Shown here: one piece after another, positions 21,691-33,519 of the stretch | Numbering within the stretch: the stretch's first letter is position 1 | Layout of the letters: each line of letters starts with the position of its first letter | DNA from: an uncultured Chlamydiae bacterium | GTDB lineage: Bacteria > Chlamydiota > Chlamydiia > Chlamydiales > Parachlamydiaceae | Direction: 5' to 3' | Length of the DNA: 64,000 nucleotides | NCBI GenBank assembly: GCA_963754655.1 | Contig: CAVWGN010000001.1 | Location: forward strand, 2,464,001-2,528,000 | Notes under the pieces: model-generated | What the model was told of the DNA's origin: nothing | The model's database searches: none | Seen by the model: the letters and a program-made list of their open reading frames with translations, nothing else | Position numbers and translations under genes: made by a program

Positions 21691-22641
21691 TTAACTCTCT
21701 ACATATTGTCCCATCTGACGAAACTTAAGATAACGCTGCTCAAGAAGCAAAGGCAATGGAATGCGTCGGAGAATATTCCACTGCTCAAGAATAAAGTGCT
21801 TGACGTTTTGATAAGTTTGATGAGGATCATGATGCGCTCCTCCTAAAGGCTCTTGAATAATGGCATCAATAATCTTAAGCTCCAACAAGTTTTCGGCATT
21901 AAGCTTGAGACTGGAGGCTGCTTCAACGTTTTTAGAGGGATCTTTCCATAAAATGGACGCACATCCTTCGGGTGAAATAACCGAATAGTACGAATGTTCT
22001 AACATTCCAATGACATCGCCGACTCCCATTCCAAGCGCGCCACCTGAACATCCTTCTCCAATCACTATCACAATAATAGGCGTCTTAATGCGAGCCATTT
22101 CGCGTAAATTATGTGCAATAGCCCATCCCTGCCCCCTTTCTTCGGCTTCCAAACCTGGATAAGCACCCGGAGTATCGAGAAGAGAAATCACTGGAAGTTG
22201 GAATTTCTCAGCTAGTTTCATCAGACGCAAAGCTTTGCGAAACCCTTCTGGATTCAGCATACCAAAGTTGCGATAGACGCGGCTTTCTGTATCATGTCCT
22301 TTTTCTTGCCCAATCACAACACATTTGACTCCTCCAATAGTGGCAAAACCTCCTACCATGGAATGATCATCACTAAAAGTGCGATCTCCCGCCAATTCTA
22401 TAAACTTTTCACACATAGAGGTAAAGAAGTTGAGAGCGTGAGGCCGACCAGGATGTCGGCAAATGAGAACACGTTGCCAAGGAGTGAGTTCAGAGTACAC
22501 TTGTTGTTTGAGTTTTTCAAGTTTCTGCTCGAGCTTGCGAATCTCCGCCTTAAAAATGGGATTATCTTGACTCTGTTTTTTCAAATGTTCGATTGTTTTG
22601 ATATACTCCTGAATTTGCTTTTCATGGGGTAAAATATCCAA
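21691..22641 (-). CDS. accA: Acetyl-CoA carboxylase carboxyltransferase alpha
   Basis: [14 protein letters not shown] and [14 protein letters not shown] motifs; TTG start. Confidence 0.97.
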   Translation of the reverse strand: MDILPHEKQIQEYIKTIEHLKKQSQDNPIFKAEIRKLEQKLEKLKQQVYSELTPWQRVLICRHPGRPHALNFFTSMCEKFIELAGDRTFSDDHSMVGGFATIGGVKCVVIGQEKGHDTESRVYRNFGMLNPEGFRKALRLMKLAEKFQLPVISLLDTPGAYPGLEAEERGQGWAIAHNLREMARIKTPIIVIVIGEGCSGGALGMGVGDVIGMLEHSYYSVISPEGCASILWKDPSKNVEAASSLKLNAENLLELKIIDAIIQEPLGGAHHDPHQTYQNVKHFILEQWNILRRIPLPLLLEQRYLKFRQMGQYVES

Positions 22642-22664
22642 TCCTCAACTCCTTTCTTATATTT

Positions 22665-23657
22665 TCAAGGATTTATATCCATTAGCGACGACTCGAAAAA
22701 ATCGCGCACAATTTCAATGGTCGTTGGTCTACTAATGATAATGGCAAATAATTCCTCTATATCCGGCGTAGCAAGGCGAATACATCCATCACTTTCATAT
22801 TTTCCTATACCGGTAGAACTATCCACTAACTCTCCTTGAGAGCTTTTCATCCAAGGGGTTCCGTGAATACCAAAACCTTTAGCAGGTAACGTACAGTTTC
22901 CCACTTCTTTTTCAAAAGGAATCCAACGGGTTCCAAAAACTGTGATCATTTCAGCCTTTTTGCCCTGATAATTCCCCATTGTCTTTGGTTTAAAGATTGC
23001 CACTCGGCTACCTAAGGCATATTTTCCCAAAGGAGTTAAAAGTCCTGAGGTTTTAGAGGAATCAAGCCTTCCTAGGCCAACCTGATAAGTTTTTAACAAC
23101 GTCTTTTGTTTAGTATCTAAATCAACATAATAAAACCACATGCGACAGCGCGAAGTATCGACAACAAGATGAAATTCAAAATTTTTGTCTGTCCGCAAAA
23201 TATTAAATTTATGCCCTTCTGCTAACTCTTGCTTTAAATAATCAGGTTTGCCATTCAAACTACGCGCAATAAAGTGGCGTGATGTGTGGTAATGATTGGC
23301 ATAATCTGATAGCCATGCAGGCCTCCCCTTTTGCCAAGGAACATGACTTTTATAGGTAATTGTCTCCACAATGGGGAGTTTTGGCCCACTTTTATTAAAT
23401 AATTCTTCAATTCGATTGGCATCGGGCAAATGACCTGAAACGACTGTTTGTCCTCTTTCTGAAAGGGCAACAAATGGATGAGGTGCAGTAGCAGCCGGCA
23501 TTACCGCTTGAATTTCTTGATCGAGCTCAACTTCTATAGGAACTTGAGGGAATGCAGAAGCGATAGACGTTGCTGGCTCTCGTTTAAAAAAAGCGACAAT
23601 TCCAATAATTCCAAATAATAAAAGCGATACGATGGCAACTAGTTTAGGTAAACTCAT
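22665..23657 (-). CDS. L,D-transpeptidase (YkuD)-domain protein
   Basis: GIHGT and SDGCIRL catalytic motifs; N-terminal anchor. Confidence 0.85.
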   Translation of the reverse strand: MSLPKLVAIVSLLLFGIIGIVAFFKREPATSIASAFPQVPIEVELDQEIQAVMPAATAPHPFVALSERGQTVVSGHLPDANRIEELFNKSGPKLPIVETITYKSHVPWQKGRPAWLSDYANHYHTSRHFIARSLNGKPDYLKQELAEGHKFNILRTDKNFEFHLVVDTSRCRMWFYYVDLDTKQKTLLKTYQVGLGRLDSSKTSGLLTPLGKYALGSRVAIFKPKTMGNYQGKKAEMITVFGTRWIPFEKEVGNCTLPAKGFGIHGTPWMKSSQGELVDSSTGIGKYESDGCIRLATPDIEELFAIIISRPTTIEIVRDFFESSLMDINP

Positions 23658-23945
23658 AGCCTAAGTCCTTTATTCATTAAAATTAAAGAATGTAACAGAA
23701 ATTTGCTGAAGGTCGGCTATTATGATAAAAGGTTGTGGTGTTTTTGCCAAGTTACAAAGCAAGAAAGAAGAGATAGGATAAAAAATAATTTAAGGAGTCT
23801 CTTCTAAAGTACGTTGTACTTCAATAAGAGCATCGCACATTTGTTCTGATAACAAATTCTCACCTCCCTCCATCTCATTTAATCATTAGACCTGATTGAT
23901 TTAAAATAGTCTCTAGAAAAATTTTAACTATAAAAAAGGTTTAAT

Positions 23946-25481
23946 TTATCGAGGAGGCCCAATATGCCATTGATAATGGCAATGATCAGCGGTCATATGA
24001 TAAGCAACTAGAAAATCTGCTCCCCAGAAATTATCTCCACCCGCCAGTGGAATCACTTGCATTCTTCCTTTAATGGAAAGAAGGCTAAGCTCTAATTGAT
24101 TGTCATGACCTTCTAATAAAAGCGAGTGCGTTTCTCCATCATAACTTCCTAAAGTGCGAGGATACAAAACTTGAGATTGGATTTTGCATTGAGCTGCTTT
24201 GACAAAGAAACTAAAGGCCACGGAGTCCCATCCATCAAGTCCCAAAAAGGTTGTCTTTAAATGAAAATGCGGTTTTTTAAATTCTTGCACAACTTCCAAC
24301 CAAATTCCACGAAATTGCCCGACTTTAAAAGGCGAGGAAGAAGGCTGATCCACCATCCGAGTACACCCCTTTAAAACAAACGAGCCGCGCCGCCATTCAA
24401 TCATTGAACGTCTCATGCCATGATCACAGAGAGCATTTCCTTCGATGCCAAAACCTTGACATTCTCCTAAAGGCAAATACTGTGGGCCATAACTAATGAT
24501 TTCAATATCACCTTGCCGTAACATCCCTAATCCTGTATGCTCTCCATGCAAGGTGCATACAATATGGTAAGAAGAAGAGCGATATCCAGCTAAAGCTGTC
24601 GAAGGATCATAAATATGTTCTGATAACTCTAGAGAAGTATGAGATAAGATCTGATGATGATGCTCAAGCCATTTTTCAATCAATACCCATAGAGGATCCA
24701 TTTTTTCTCTCGTTTTCTCTACACGCTCTTGAATCCCTTTCATGACAATTTCGGCTATAGCAGCGAAGGGAGTCTCTTGGCTTAAAAGAGCCGCACTTCG
24801 AAAGAGTAAATAGCTTAAACAGCACTGTTGAAGTGTTTTTCCCTCTTTTTCACGTACAAAAAGCCCTGCTAATGGCTTTGCCTCAGTATCTAAGGTATTC
24901 AGCTGCCAATGTGCAATCCGCAACACTGTTTCTTGCAGATCTTGCCGTTTGGTCAATAAAGTCAATAGACAAAGAAAAATGCCAAATTCAAAATGATGAG
25001 GAGTATAGGGCAACGATAGCCAAGGACAATACTCATACAAATCGATAAGGGCAGCTCCACTTTCCAATAGATGCGGCCCTACTTCAGGGATGGGCATCTT
25101 GGCAAAAGCATGATTCAAAGCCACCAAAGATCTTAAATACTGCGAACTCTGATTCCAAGGGTGACGCTCAAAAAAACGCACCTTTACCGATAGCTCGGAT
25201 GGATGTAATTGAGCAAGATCGCACAAAATATTCACAGCTAAAAGCTGTTTCCAATTTTCAATGGCTTTCTCTTCTTCAAAAAGAGGTTCATGCCATAAAC
25301 ATTCTTCTACGACGTTCTGTGGAGGAATAATGCGAGACTCAAGAAACTGACGGACCATTTGATCAAAATAAGAGGAAGAATTTTCAATCTGAGTGAAATA
25401 AAGAGATTGAAGAGAACAAAGCTCCAACATGTTGATGTGATCCAATTTTTCTATGAACCTCTTGCATCCTAATAGGTTCAT
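23946..25481 (-). CDS. Hypothetical protein (start uncertain)
   Basis: Long ORF between the IHF gene and accA; no motif recognised. Confidence 0.7.
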   Translation of the reverse strand: MNLLGCKRFIEKLDHINMLELCSLQSLYFTQIENSSSYFDQMVRQFLESRIIPPQNVVEECLWHEPLFEEEKAIENWKQLLAVNILCDLAQLHPSELSVKVRFFERHPWNQSSQYLRSLVALNHAFAKMPIPEVGPHLLESGAALIDLYEYCPWLSLPYTPHHFEFGIFLCLLTLLTKRQDLQETVLRIAHWQLNTLDTEAKPLAGLFVREKEGKTLQQCCLSYLLFRSAALLSQETPFAAIAEIVMKGIQERVEKTREKMDPLWVLIEKWLEHHHQILSHTSLELSEHIYDPSTALAGYRSSSYHIVCTLHGEHTGLGMLRQGDIEIISYGPQYLPLGECQGFGIEGNALCDHGMRRSMIEWRRGSFVLKGCTRMVDQPSSSPFKVGQFRGIWLEVVQEFKKPHFHLKTTFLGLDGWDSVAFSFFVKAAQCKIQSQVLYPRTLGSYDGETHSLLLEGHDNQLELSLLSIKGRMQVIPLAGGDNFWGADFLVAYHMTADHCHYQWHIGPPR

Positions 25482-25591
25482 CCGCAGATAGTATTGAATA
25501 AAAGAATTAAACTTAAAAGAGCTGCTTCAAGCCTAAACGCTTGTCCCACTCTTTTAAGCGAATTCTTATTGAGTTGACTTTGGAGCAGGCT

Positions 25592-25939
25592 TTAAACGCC
25601 TACTTCTACGCCATTATGAGAATATTCGGGTTGTTCTGTCTCTACCACTTGCCGCATTTTTTTTCCAGGTGTAAACTTAACAGCAAGACGGGCAGGAATC
25701 ACAATAGGCACTGCTGCATTCTTGGGATTTCTCCCAATTTTTTGCTTTCTCTCGACAACCTCAAAAACACCGAATTCACGAAATTCCAATCTCTCTCCTT
25801 GCGATAAGCAATCTGTGATTTTATCCAAAAAAGCCTGTATCACATGACGGACATCATTTGGATGAATCCCCTTATCTTGTGAAATGGAATTAATGAGTTT
25901 TTTCTTTGTCATGGTGTTTTTCTTTGTACTGGTTGCCAT
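25592..25939 (-). CDS. ihfA: HU/IHF DNA-binding protein
   Basis: FREFGVF, GRNPK and VKFTPGK motifs; start MATST at 25939. Confidence 0.9.
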   Translation of the reverse strand: MATSTKKNTMTKKKLINSISQDKGIHPNDVRHVIQAFLDKITDCLSQGERLEFREFGVFEVVERKQKIGRNPKNAAVPIVIPARLAVKFTPGKKMRQVVETEQPEYSHNGVEVGV

Positions 25940-26177
25940 AGGCTCTGCTCCTTCATTTTGCACTTTTTTCGTTAGATTTCTGAATTTCCGACATTGTCAT
26001 ATCCTTTTGATTTTCAAGCAAGTTCTTTTTAGTTCTTTTTGTTTTTTTCAAAACTATTGAACTCCTCCAAAACCAATTTTCTGCCAAAAACCCCTCTTTT
26101 TTCTAACACTTGGTAAATAAAGATTTTAGTGAATATTTCCTATAATAAGAAATACTGTTTTGAATTCAAGATTAATT

Positions 26178-27464
26178 TTAACTTCCGCTAATGCGCACAA
26201 GCATTTTATTCTTTTTCCCTACCGCTATAAGCATTAAGTTATTGTCTATTAACAACTTATGATTTATCACGCAATTTTCATCTTCTATTTTTTCATTATT
26301 GATGTAAACTCCGCCGTTGCGTAATAAACGTCTTGCTTCGCCTTTGCTACCCTGTAGGCCAATTTCTACTAAAAGATCAATCAATTTTATATTTAAAACT
26401 TTTTCCAATGGCAGCTGGCAACTGGGCATATCAGAAGCTACACTTTCGAGCATATTCGCATTCAATTGCGTTTGCATGCCGGGAGCGATTCCTTCTGTCA
26501 CGCGAATGGCGGTTTGCAATCCTTCCTTACCATGTACAAGACGGGTGATTTCCTCTGCTAAACGCTTTTGAGCGGTGCGTGGGACAGCATCAGCCTCTTG
26601 CATTTGCTTTTCATAATGACGAATTTCTGCCATGTCCATAAAAGTCAGCATACGCATCAATTTAATCACATCGGCATCTTCTACGCGGATAAGGTATTGA
26701 TAAAATTCATAAGAGGAAAGTTTCTCTGGAGAAAGCCAAATAGCTCCTTTTTCTGATTTGCCAAACTTTTGCCCATCGCTGCGAGTCAAGAGGGGAAAGG
26801 TAATGCCATAAGCAGATTTGCCATGAACTTTACGGATGAGATCGGTGCCGGCGGTAATATTTCCCCATTGATCACTTCCCCCAAGTTGAATGGTCACGCC
26901 ATAATGTTGATAAAGATGTAAAAAATCATATCCTTGCAAAATTTGATAGCTAAATTCGGTAAAGCTCATCCCCTCTTCTGATTGCAAGCGCAATTTTACG
27001 CTTTCTTTTGCCAACATGGGCCCTATACGGTAAAGAGAACCAATCTCACGTAAAAATTGAATAAAAGAGAAATCTTTGTACCAATCAAAGTTATTTAAGA
27101 TCAGGGGACGTGCGTCAGCATGTTGAAAATCTAAAATGATTTCTAAATTTTTTCTAATTCCTTTCAAATTGTTTTCCAGTGTTGCTTCATCAAGCAATTG
27201 ACGCTCCGCACTTTTGCCTGATGGATCCCCTATCATGCCAGTCGCTCCTCCAACAATTGCGACAGGCATATGTCCAAATCGTTGGAACCATGCGAGGCCC
27301 ATAATGGCGACTAAATTACCCAGATGCAAGCTGTCGGCAGTAGGATCAAAACCACAATAAATGCGAGTCGGCTGCTGAGTCAATTGGTGCAGCTCATCGC
27401 TTGTTAAAGCTTCAATAAATCCACGTTCTTTTAAAACATCAATAACAGTTGCCATGGTTTTCAT
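26178..27464 (-). CDS. tyrS: Tyrosine-tRNA ligase
   Basis: GFDPTADSLHLGN, GGSDQWGN and KFGKS motifs; S4 domain. Confidence 0.97.
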   Translation of the reverse strand: MKTMATVIDVLKERGFIEALTSDELHQLTQQPTRIYCGFDPTADSLHLGNLVAIMGLAWFQRFGHMPVAIVGGATGMIGDPSGKSAERQLLDEATLENNLKGIRKNLEIILDFQHADARPLILNNFDWYKDFSFIQFLREIGSLYRIGPMLAKESVKLRLQSEEGMSFTEFSYQILQGYDFLHLYQHYGVTIQLGGSDQWGNITAGTDLIRKVHGKSAYGITFPLLTRSDGQKFGKSEKGAIWLSPEKLSSYEFYQYLIRVEDADVIKLMRMLTFMDMAEIRHYEKQMQEADAVPRTAQKRLAEEITRLVHGKEGLQTAIRVTEGIAPGMQTQLNANMLESVASDMPSCQLPLEKVLNIKLIDLLVEIGLQGSKGEARRLLRNGGVYINNEKIEDENCVINHKLLIDNNLMLIAVGKKNKMLVRISGS

Positions 27465-27945
27465 CCGGTTAAGAATTAGGCAGATTTGGTCTGAACATTG
27501 TCTAAATGTCTTGATTTTCTGTCAATGTCGATAATTGTTTTTCTCAAGGGGAAATTGCAGGATAAAAATGATTTTAAGCTAGCACTCCATTCGTATTAAT
27601 TTCACTTTAAGATAAGCAGGTGATTGAATGTTATCCCTTAAATAGAAAACAAGTAAAAAATCAAGCTATAAAAATATTATTTTATTTGTTATGATAAAAA
27701 TAAAGATTTATTTGCTCTTCAACTTTGAAAAGGTGTTTAAATTAAACCTAATATTTGCATAAAAGCGCAATGCAAAAGGCCCTAAACTTTTTGTTCACTT
27801 ATCATTTAGCTTATTGCATTAAAGGAACCGAAGATAGCGAAAAAAAATAAATAGCTTGATTTTTTTGCTATTTTTCTTATTCTCCAGATTGAAACAGGCA
27901 ACAACTTTAAGGGAACTCTATAAAACCTATGAGGAGAATTTAATC

Positions 27946-28317
27946 ATGAAAAAGCAACTTTTTCTTTTGTCTTCGCTATGTTTAGTGTTAAGTGCATGTG
28001 AAAATCAATCAAATCCCCCCAATGCAGATAACACGGGACGCAATGTTCGTGATCGTGGACCAACGATAACTCCTGGAGAACAGGGTGAAAGTGAAGCAGA
28101 TCGTACCATTACACAGAAAATTCGCCAATCTTTAATGAATGACGATTCTTTATCAACAAATGGAAAAAACGTTAAAATTATGACAAAGAATGGCACGGTG
28201 GTTTTGCGCGGTGCTGTGAATAGCGATAAAGAAAAGAATGACATTGGCCAAAAAGCACAATCTATTTCTGGTGTCAGTAATGTAGATAATCAATTGGAAA
28301 TTATTCGTAGCGAATAA
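27946..28317 (+). CDS. BON-domain lipoprotein (OsmY-like)
   Basis: Lipobox LSAC; DRTITQKIR...VVLRG...VDNQL; GAGGAG RBS before ATG 27946. Confidence 0.85.
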   Translation: MKKQLFLLSSLCLVLSACENQSNPPNADNTGRNVRDRGPTITPGEQGESEADRTITQKIRQSLMNDDSLSTNGKNVKIMTKNGTVVLRGAVNSDKEKNDIGQKAQSISGVSNVDNQLEIIRSE

Positions 28318-28385
28318 TGCGAGTGGTCGCTAGCGGTAATGCGATTCACTTGTGCATAGAGAGTCTTAAAATAAAGGAGATTTTT

Positions 28386-29066
28386 ATGGCTTTTCAAGCA
28401 ATTTATGGTATTGTTAGCAGTAGAGCTAACGCTGAGACAATCATTCAAGCTTTAGTAGATGCAGGTGTTAAACCCCAAGACATTTCTTTTCTCAGTTCGC
28501 AAGGAAAAGAATTTCATGAGCTTAGTCAAGAGGCTCTCCCCTCCAATCGCAATTGGAGAACAGAAGAGCGCGTCACAGATTTTCCTAATGGAAAACAAAT
28601 GCCAGAGCATGTAAGCGATACCACTCAAGCCTCTCGAGGAACTAGTTCGGGACACCAAGGTGGCTTAGGAACTGAAAAACACACTAAAGCTCCAGAAGGA
28701 GCAACAACTGGCGGTGTAACAGGAGGCATTATTGGGGGAACTCTTGGGCTACTGGCTGGAATTGGAGCACTTGCCATTCCAGGATTAGGACCCTTTGTTG
28801 CTGCAGGTCCTCTGATGGCAACATTAGCTGGACTTGGCGCTGGCGGTACAGTAGGAGGAATTGTGGGTAGTCTGGTTGGCGCAGGTATTCCAGAATACGA
28901 AGCGAAGCGATACGAAAATCGCTTGCAACAAGGAGGCATTCTTCTTTCTATTCGTGCCAATAGCGATAGCCTAGCGAAACGCGTCAAAGATATCATGCAA
29001 CAAAATGGCGCTGAAGATGTTTCTATTTCTTCTGAAGCTACAACTTCTAAGAACTATAATAAATAA
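28386..29066 (+). CDS. General-stress-type membrane protein with Gly-rich hairpin
   Basis: GALAIPGLGPFVAAGP and GIPEYEAKRYE motifs; AAGGAG RBS. Confidence 0.8.
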   Translation: MAFQAIYGIVSSRANAETIIQALVDAGVKPQDISFLSSQGKEFHELSQEALPSNRNWRTEERVTDFPNGKQMPEHVSDTTQASRGTSSGHQGGLGTEKHTKAPEGATTGGVTGGIIGGTLGLLAGIGALAIPGLGPFVAAGPLMATLAGLGAGGTVGGIVGSLVGAGIPEYEAKRYENRLQQGGILLSIRANSDSLAKRVKDIMQQNGAEDVSISSEATTSKNYNK

Positions 29067-29086
29067 GTCATTCTTATTTTATTCTT

Positions 29087-29118
29087 AAAAATGGCTATGC
29101 TTTAAGCATAGCCATTTT
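29087..29118. terminator. Bidirectional intrinsic terminator
   Basis: AAAATGGCTATGCTT-T-AAGCATAGCCATTTT between convergent genes. Confidence 0.85.
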
Positions 29119-29875
29119 AAAAGGGATTCACCAAATCTAAGAAATGACAGGGAAGACTTAATGCTTGCTCTAAATGGCTAGCCAACGCTATAGGGCCCAC
29201 TCTTTCAGTAGCAGAATGTCCCAAAGCATAGAAATTAATTTTCTCTTCCAGGGCTTGATGCCAAGTAGGCTCATCAAAACTCCCTGTAATATAAGCATCT
29301 ATTCCTTCTTTAGCTGCATCTAAAATTGTTTTATGAGCTCCTCCAGAAACAAGAGCGACAGTCTGAATAACTGGAGAACCACCCCAAGCACAGGTTGCTG
29401 GATGCTGATAATAAGTCTCTAATCGATTCTTAAATTCTTCTCTCGAACAGGGAGCAATTCTTCCCTTGACACCTACGGGGATTCGTTCCAAATAACCAAA
29501 AGGTTGTAAGTCAGACCATTCTAAATCTTTAGCCGCTTTCCAATTATTGCCAATCAGCGGATGCATATCCAAGGGTAGATGATAGGCAAATAATGAAATC
29601 CCATGTTCAAGCAGCAATTGAAGCTTTTTACGTTTAACGCCTTGAATGATATAGCTATCACGCTGCCAAAAAATTCCATGATGAACAATTAAGGCATCGA
29701 CCCCTTGTTTGACCGCTGCTTCAATAGTTGCTAAACTCGCTGAAACAGCTGTTGCCAACTTTACAATACGTGCTTTGCCTTCTACTTGCAATCCATTAGG
29801 AGCATAATCATTGACCCCTTGACTAGAAAGCAACTGATTTAAATAAATGCATAATTCTTCTAATGTCAACATCAT
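29117..29875 (-). CDS. Nif3-like dinuclear metal protein
   Basis: NGLQVEG, VHHG, YHLPLDMH and GHSATE motifs. Confidence 0.9.
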   Translation of the reverse strand: MMLTLEELCIYLNQLLSSQGVNDYAPNGLQVEGKARIVKLATAVSASLATIEAAVKQGVDALIVHHGIFWQRDSYIIQGVKRKKLQLLLEHGISLFAYHLPLDMHPLIGNNWKAAKDLEWSDLQPFGYLERIPVGVKGRIAPCSREEFKNRLETYYQHPATCAWGGSPVIQTVALVSGGAHKTILDAAKEGIDAYITGSFDEPTWHQALEEKINFYALGHSATERVGPIALASHLEQALSLPCHFLDLVNPF

Positions 29876-29956
29876 TTCCTTAAAAAGTTTGAATTGATTT
29901 GTATGGGGATAATCACATTTACTCAGAGTGTTTTTACTAAAAATATTTGACACTGG

Positions 29957-30179
29957 CAGCCTTTCGAGGCTGACAGGAAATTGATAATTTCAGGCCTTAA
30001 ATAATTTTTGAAACCACCCACAATATACTCAAGACCAGTTAAAAATAAATTATATAAGTCCGAAATATCAATTTCCTGTCAGCCTCTTCAGGCTGATGCG
30101 CTGACTCTCAGATTTTACTTTAGACCCGCAGTCTAATATGGCAAGCTAAAATTCAGCGTATCAGCCTGAAGGGCTGTAA
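29957..30179. repeat. REP-like hairpin cluster
   Basis: CAGCCT(TTCG/CTTC/GAAG)(A/G)GCTG units linked by inverted repeats. Confidence 0.7.
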
Positions 30180-32041
30180 GGCATGGTACAAAAAGAGTAG
30201 ATTTTGGGTAACATGTTTATGCCGTCCTTTCAGGGACAATTGCAGAATAAACAATAAATTATTTTAATTTACCACTTTCAAAAAAAGGCTCCTTAATATA
30301 GTCTAGATGTAGAAAAACCGTCTTAAACTATACAAGGAACCGAAAAATGTTCAGAGAAAAATTATCGCAAATGTGGAATAACGTACAGTCTACTCTTTTT
30401 CCTGATTTAATCAAACGAACTCATGAACTCTGCCCTGAGTATAAAAAATTAGTATCAATTCTGGAACTTGTTCGTATTGAAAGTCATATTCCGCGATCCT
30501 TCAAATTAGGAAGGCCACCAAAAGATCGCATCGCAATGGCTAGAAGTTTTATCGCAAAAGTAGTCCTAAAACAACCTTACACTAAACAAATTATTCGCCT
30601 GCTAAACCAGGATGAACAATTGAGGATTATTTGTGGTTGGGAGGCAAATCATAAAATTCCTTCTGAATCTAAATTTTCTAGAGCTTTCAAAGAATTTAGC
30701 CAAATAACCCTTCCGGATAGGGTTCACCAAGCATTGGTTAAAGAATTTTACAAGGGAGAGATCATAGGACATGTGATAACAGATTCTACACCCTTAGAAG
30801 CACGTGAAAAATCATTAAAAAAACCATGTGCAAAAACACGTCGAAAAGAAAAAGACAAAGAAAGAAGAAGAATGAAAAGTGCTGGAGAACCAAATCTACG
30901 TCAACAGCAGTTGAATGAACCAGATCTTCGAAAAATGGTAGAACATCTTCCTATAGCATGTGACAAAGGCATGAAAAGAAATCCTCAGGGATTTCACATT
31001 TTTTGGAAAGGCTATAAGTTGCATACTAATGTTGATGATAATGGAGTCCCTTTGGCTGCAATTGTCACATCTGCATCGTGTAATGACTGTGAAGTTGCAA
31101 TTCCTTTATCTCTAAAAACAAGCAAGGTAGTAACTAATTTGTACGATTTAATGGATGCAGCTTACGATTATCCAGAAATCAAGGAATTTAGCCGATCCCT
31201 TAATCATATACCAATTATCGATCAGTGTTCGCGAAGTGCAGCTCAAAAAAAGGCAAAAATGGAAGAGAAAAAAAGAAAAACTCTTTTAAATTTTAAAACA
31301 GCTGAAGAAAAGAGGTACGCAGAGCGATTTCCCAAAGAATCCTTTAATGCATTCTTTAAGGACTATTGTGGAGGACATAGGATATATTACAGAGGATATC
31401 AGAAAGTCTCTTGCCATGCATTATTTGGAGTATTAACAGCGGCCGCTATGATGTTATTGAAATTCACTTCCTAAAGATCGATTAAATTTCAAAGATTGAC
31501 AGTATCTTCTTACGTTACCCCCTGCCAAAATTAGATCAATTTTTAAAAAAATTCAAAAAATTCGAATGTTTTGCATAAAAGTGTTTTTTTTTCATTAAAA
31601 CTTAGTCGTCTAGAATCGATTCTTTTCGATCTCAGGTACAATTGACAGAAAAAAAATCGCAGTATAACACGCTAAATAATTCTGCAATTGTCCCTTTCAG
31701 GACTCGTTGTCTTTTTGATAGAACCCAGGCCTCCGCTTCGCTGCGACCTGGGCTGTAACATGACGACCCTTCAGGCCTTCAGGACTTAACAAGAGAGGTT
31801 TAAGCCCCTCTTCTATAGTCCCTAAATCATCTTTTTGTTAAGGCCTGAGGGGCGGCCCTTCGAGGCTGACAACCCCTCTTCTATAAGTCCCTAAATCATC
31901 TTTTTTTTAAGGCCTGAAGGGCCGTCATGTTACAGCCCAGGTCGCAGCGAAGCGGAGGCCTGGGTTCTATCAAAAAGACATCGAGTCCTGAAAGGACGGC
32001 ATAAACATGTTACCCAAAATCTACTCTTTTTGTACCATGCC
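30180..32041. mobile_element. Palindromic MITE-like element (~395 bp without the nested IS)
   Basis: Long TIR GGCATGGTACAAAAAGAGTAG...; 8-bp direct repeat GGCTGTAA at 30172-30179 and 32042-32049; same REP core as the 18-kb and 39-kb elements. Confidence 0.85.
30234..31693 (+). mobile_element. IS element with DDE transposase (CDS 30347-31474; IS4/IS5/IS1182-like, family uncertain)
   Basis: TIR GGACAATTGCAGAAT; CTTTCAG duplicated; DST, GYKLH and DAAYD motifs. Confidence 0.9.
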
Positions 32042-32311
32042 GGCTGTAAGGACAATAAACCAGGACAACCTCCTGGTTATGAATAGGTTGTGTCATGCAG
32101 CCTAAGGGATTGCCAGTGTCACATGGTTTTAGTAAAAATACCTTGCACATTCACTATCCTTTCTTAATAAAAGCTAACAATTTTTCTTCATTTCCAAATG
32201 AAACAAGTATAAAAATAGGGATAAAAAATGGCAAAAGCTAAAACATCTTTTCGTTCAATCAGATTTTTGGCATAGTCAAATCAAAGGAAACTGAAAAGTA
32301 AAAGACACTTT

Positions 32312-33010
32312 ATGACGAAGACTGATTCTAATCCTGTTTTAATTGCTAAAAAAGCTGCCGGACGAGCTGCAGCTGAACTTATTCAAGAAGGGATGCTAGT
32401 AGGATTAGGAACAGGTTCTACCGCAGCTTTTTTCATTGAAGCTCTTGGAAAAAGATGCCAAGAAGGCTTGAGGATTGCCGCTATTGCCACTTCACAACAA
32501 TCAAATCGCCAAGCTCAGCAATTGGGAATTCCGCTCATAGACCCCAACACTATTACCATGCTTGATCTAATTGTCGATGGAGCTGATGAGATTGATCATC
32601 ATAAAAATATGATTAAAGGAGGCGGAGGCGCTTTGCTTAGAGAAAAACTTCTTGCTCAAGCCAGTCATGAAATGGTTGTTATTATTGATGAAACTAAGCT
32701 TGTCGATCATTTAGGAGACCATCCTCTTCCCGTTGAAATTGCTTCGTTTGTTTATTGCAACACACTGCAGCGTCTTAAAGCGCAAGGTTATCAAGGAGTT
32801 CTAAGACTGAACCGAGAAAAAGATCCCTTTGTCACTGATAATGGCAATTATATCTTTGATATTCAATACTCTACGCCTATTTTAGATCCTCAGAAAGAAC
32901 AAGAACGCTTAAAAAGCATTACAGGAGTTCTAGAAACAGGACTCTTTTTTGATCTTGCCAAAAGAATTATCATTGGTTATGAGGATGGTTTTGTCAAAAT
33001 TCAGGCATAA
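32312..33010 (+). CDS. rpiA: Ribose-5-phosphate isomerase A
   Basis: GLGTGST, DGADE and KGGGGALLREK motifs. Confidence 0.97.
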   Translation: MTKTDSNPVLIAKKAAGRAAAELIQEGMLVGLGTGSTAAFFIEALGKRCQEGLRIAAIATSQQSNRQAQQLGIPLIDPNTITMLDLIVDGADEIDHHKNMIKGGGGALLREKLLAQASHEMVVIIDETKLVDHLGDHPLPVEIASFVYCNTLQRLKAQGYQGVLRLNREKDPFVTDNGNYIFDIQYSTPILDPQKEQERLKSITGVLETGLFFDLAKRIIIGYEDGFVKIQA

Positions 33011-33039
33011 ACCTGAGCTAAAATAAATAGGATAACGGC

Positions 33040-33453
33040 ATGCTCTCTGAACTCATTCAAGTTTCTTTCGATAAAATTATGCAGACACGCTCTTATACGG
33101 TTATTGTCCTAAGCGCGCAAGGTAAAAGCTTTGCAATCTATACAGATCCAGGCATTGGTAAAACACTCCAGCTCTTTTTGACAGAGCTGGAAAGTCCACG
33201 CCCCCTCACACATGAGCTCATTGATAAAATTTTTGAAGGAATGGACATCCGTGTAAAACAAGTTGTCATCAATGATGTTCAAGATACTATTTATTATGCT
33301 CGTCTATTTCTTGAACAAGATATCGGAGACATGCGCCATATTGTAGAAATTGATGCCCGTCCCAGCGATTGCCTCACTCTCGCTCTCATGAATAATGCCC
33401 CGGTTTATTGCACAAGAGAAGTTCTCTACAAGACGATTCCTATAGAAGAATGA
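33040..33453 (+). CDS. Bifunctional nuclease family (DUF151)
   Basis: PRPLTHEL and IDARPSD motifs. Confidence 0.9.
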   Translation: MLSELIQVSFDKIMQTRSYTVIVLSAQGKSFAIYTDPGIGKTLQLFLTELESPRPLTHELIDKIFEGMDIRVKQVVINDVQDTIYYARLFLEQDIGDMRHIVEIDARPSDCLTLALMNNAPVYCTREVLYKTIPIEE

Positions 33454-33519
33454 GCAGTTTAATTTGATTTTTTCAATTTCTTTTTGGTATTTATTCGCTC
33501 GCTATCAGTCGAGTGTATG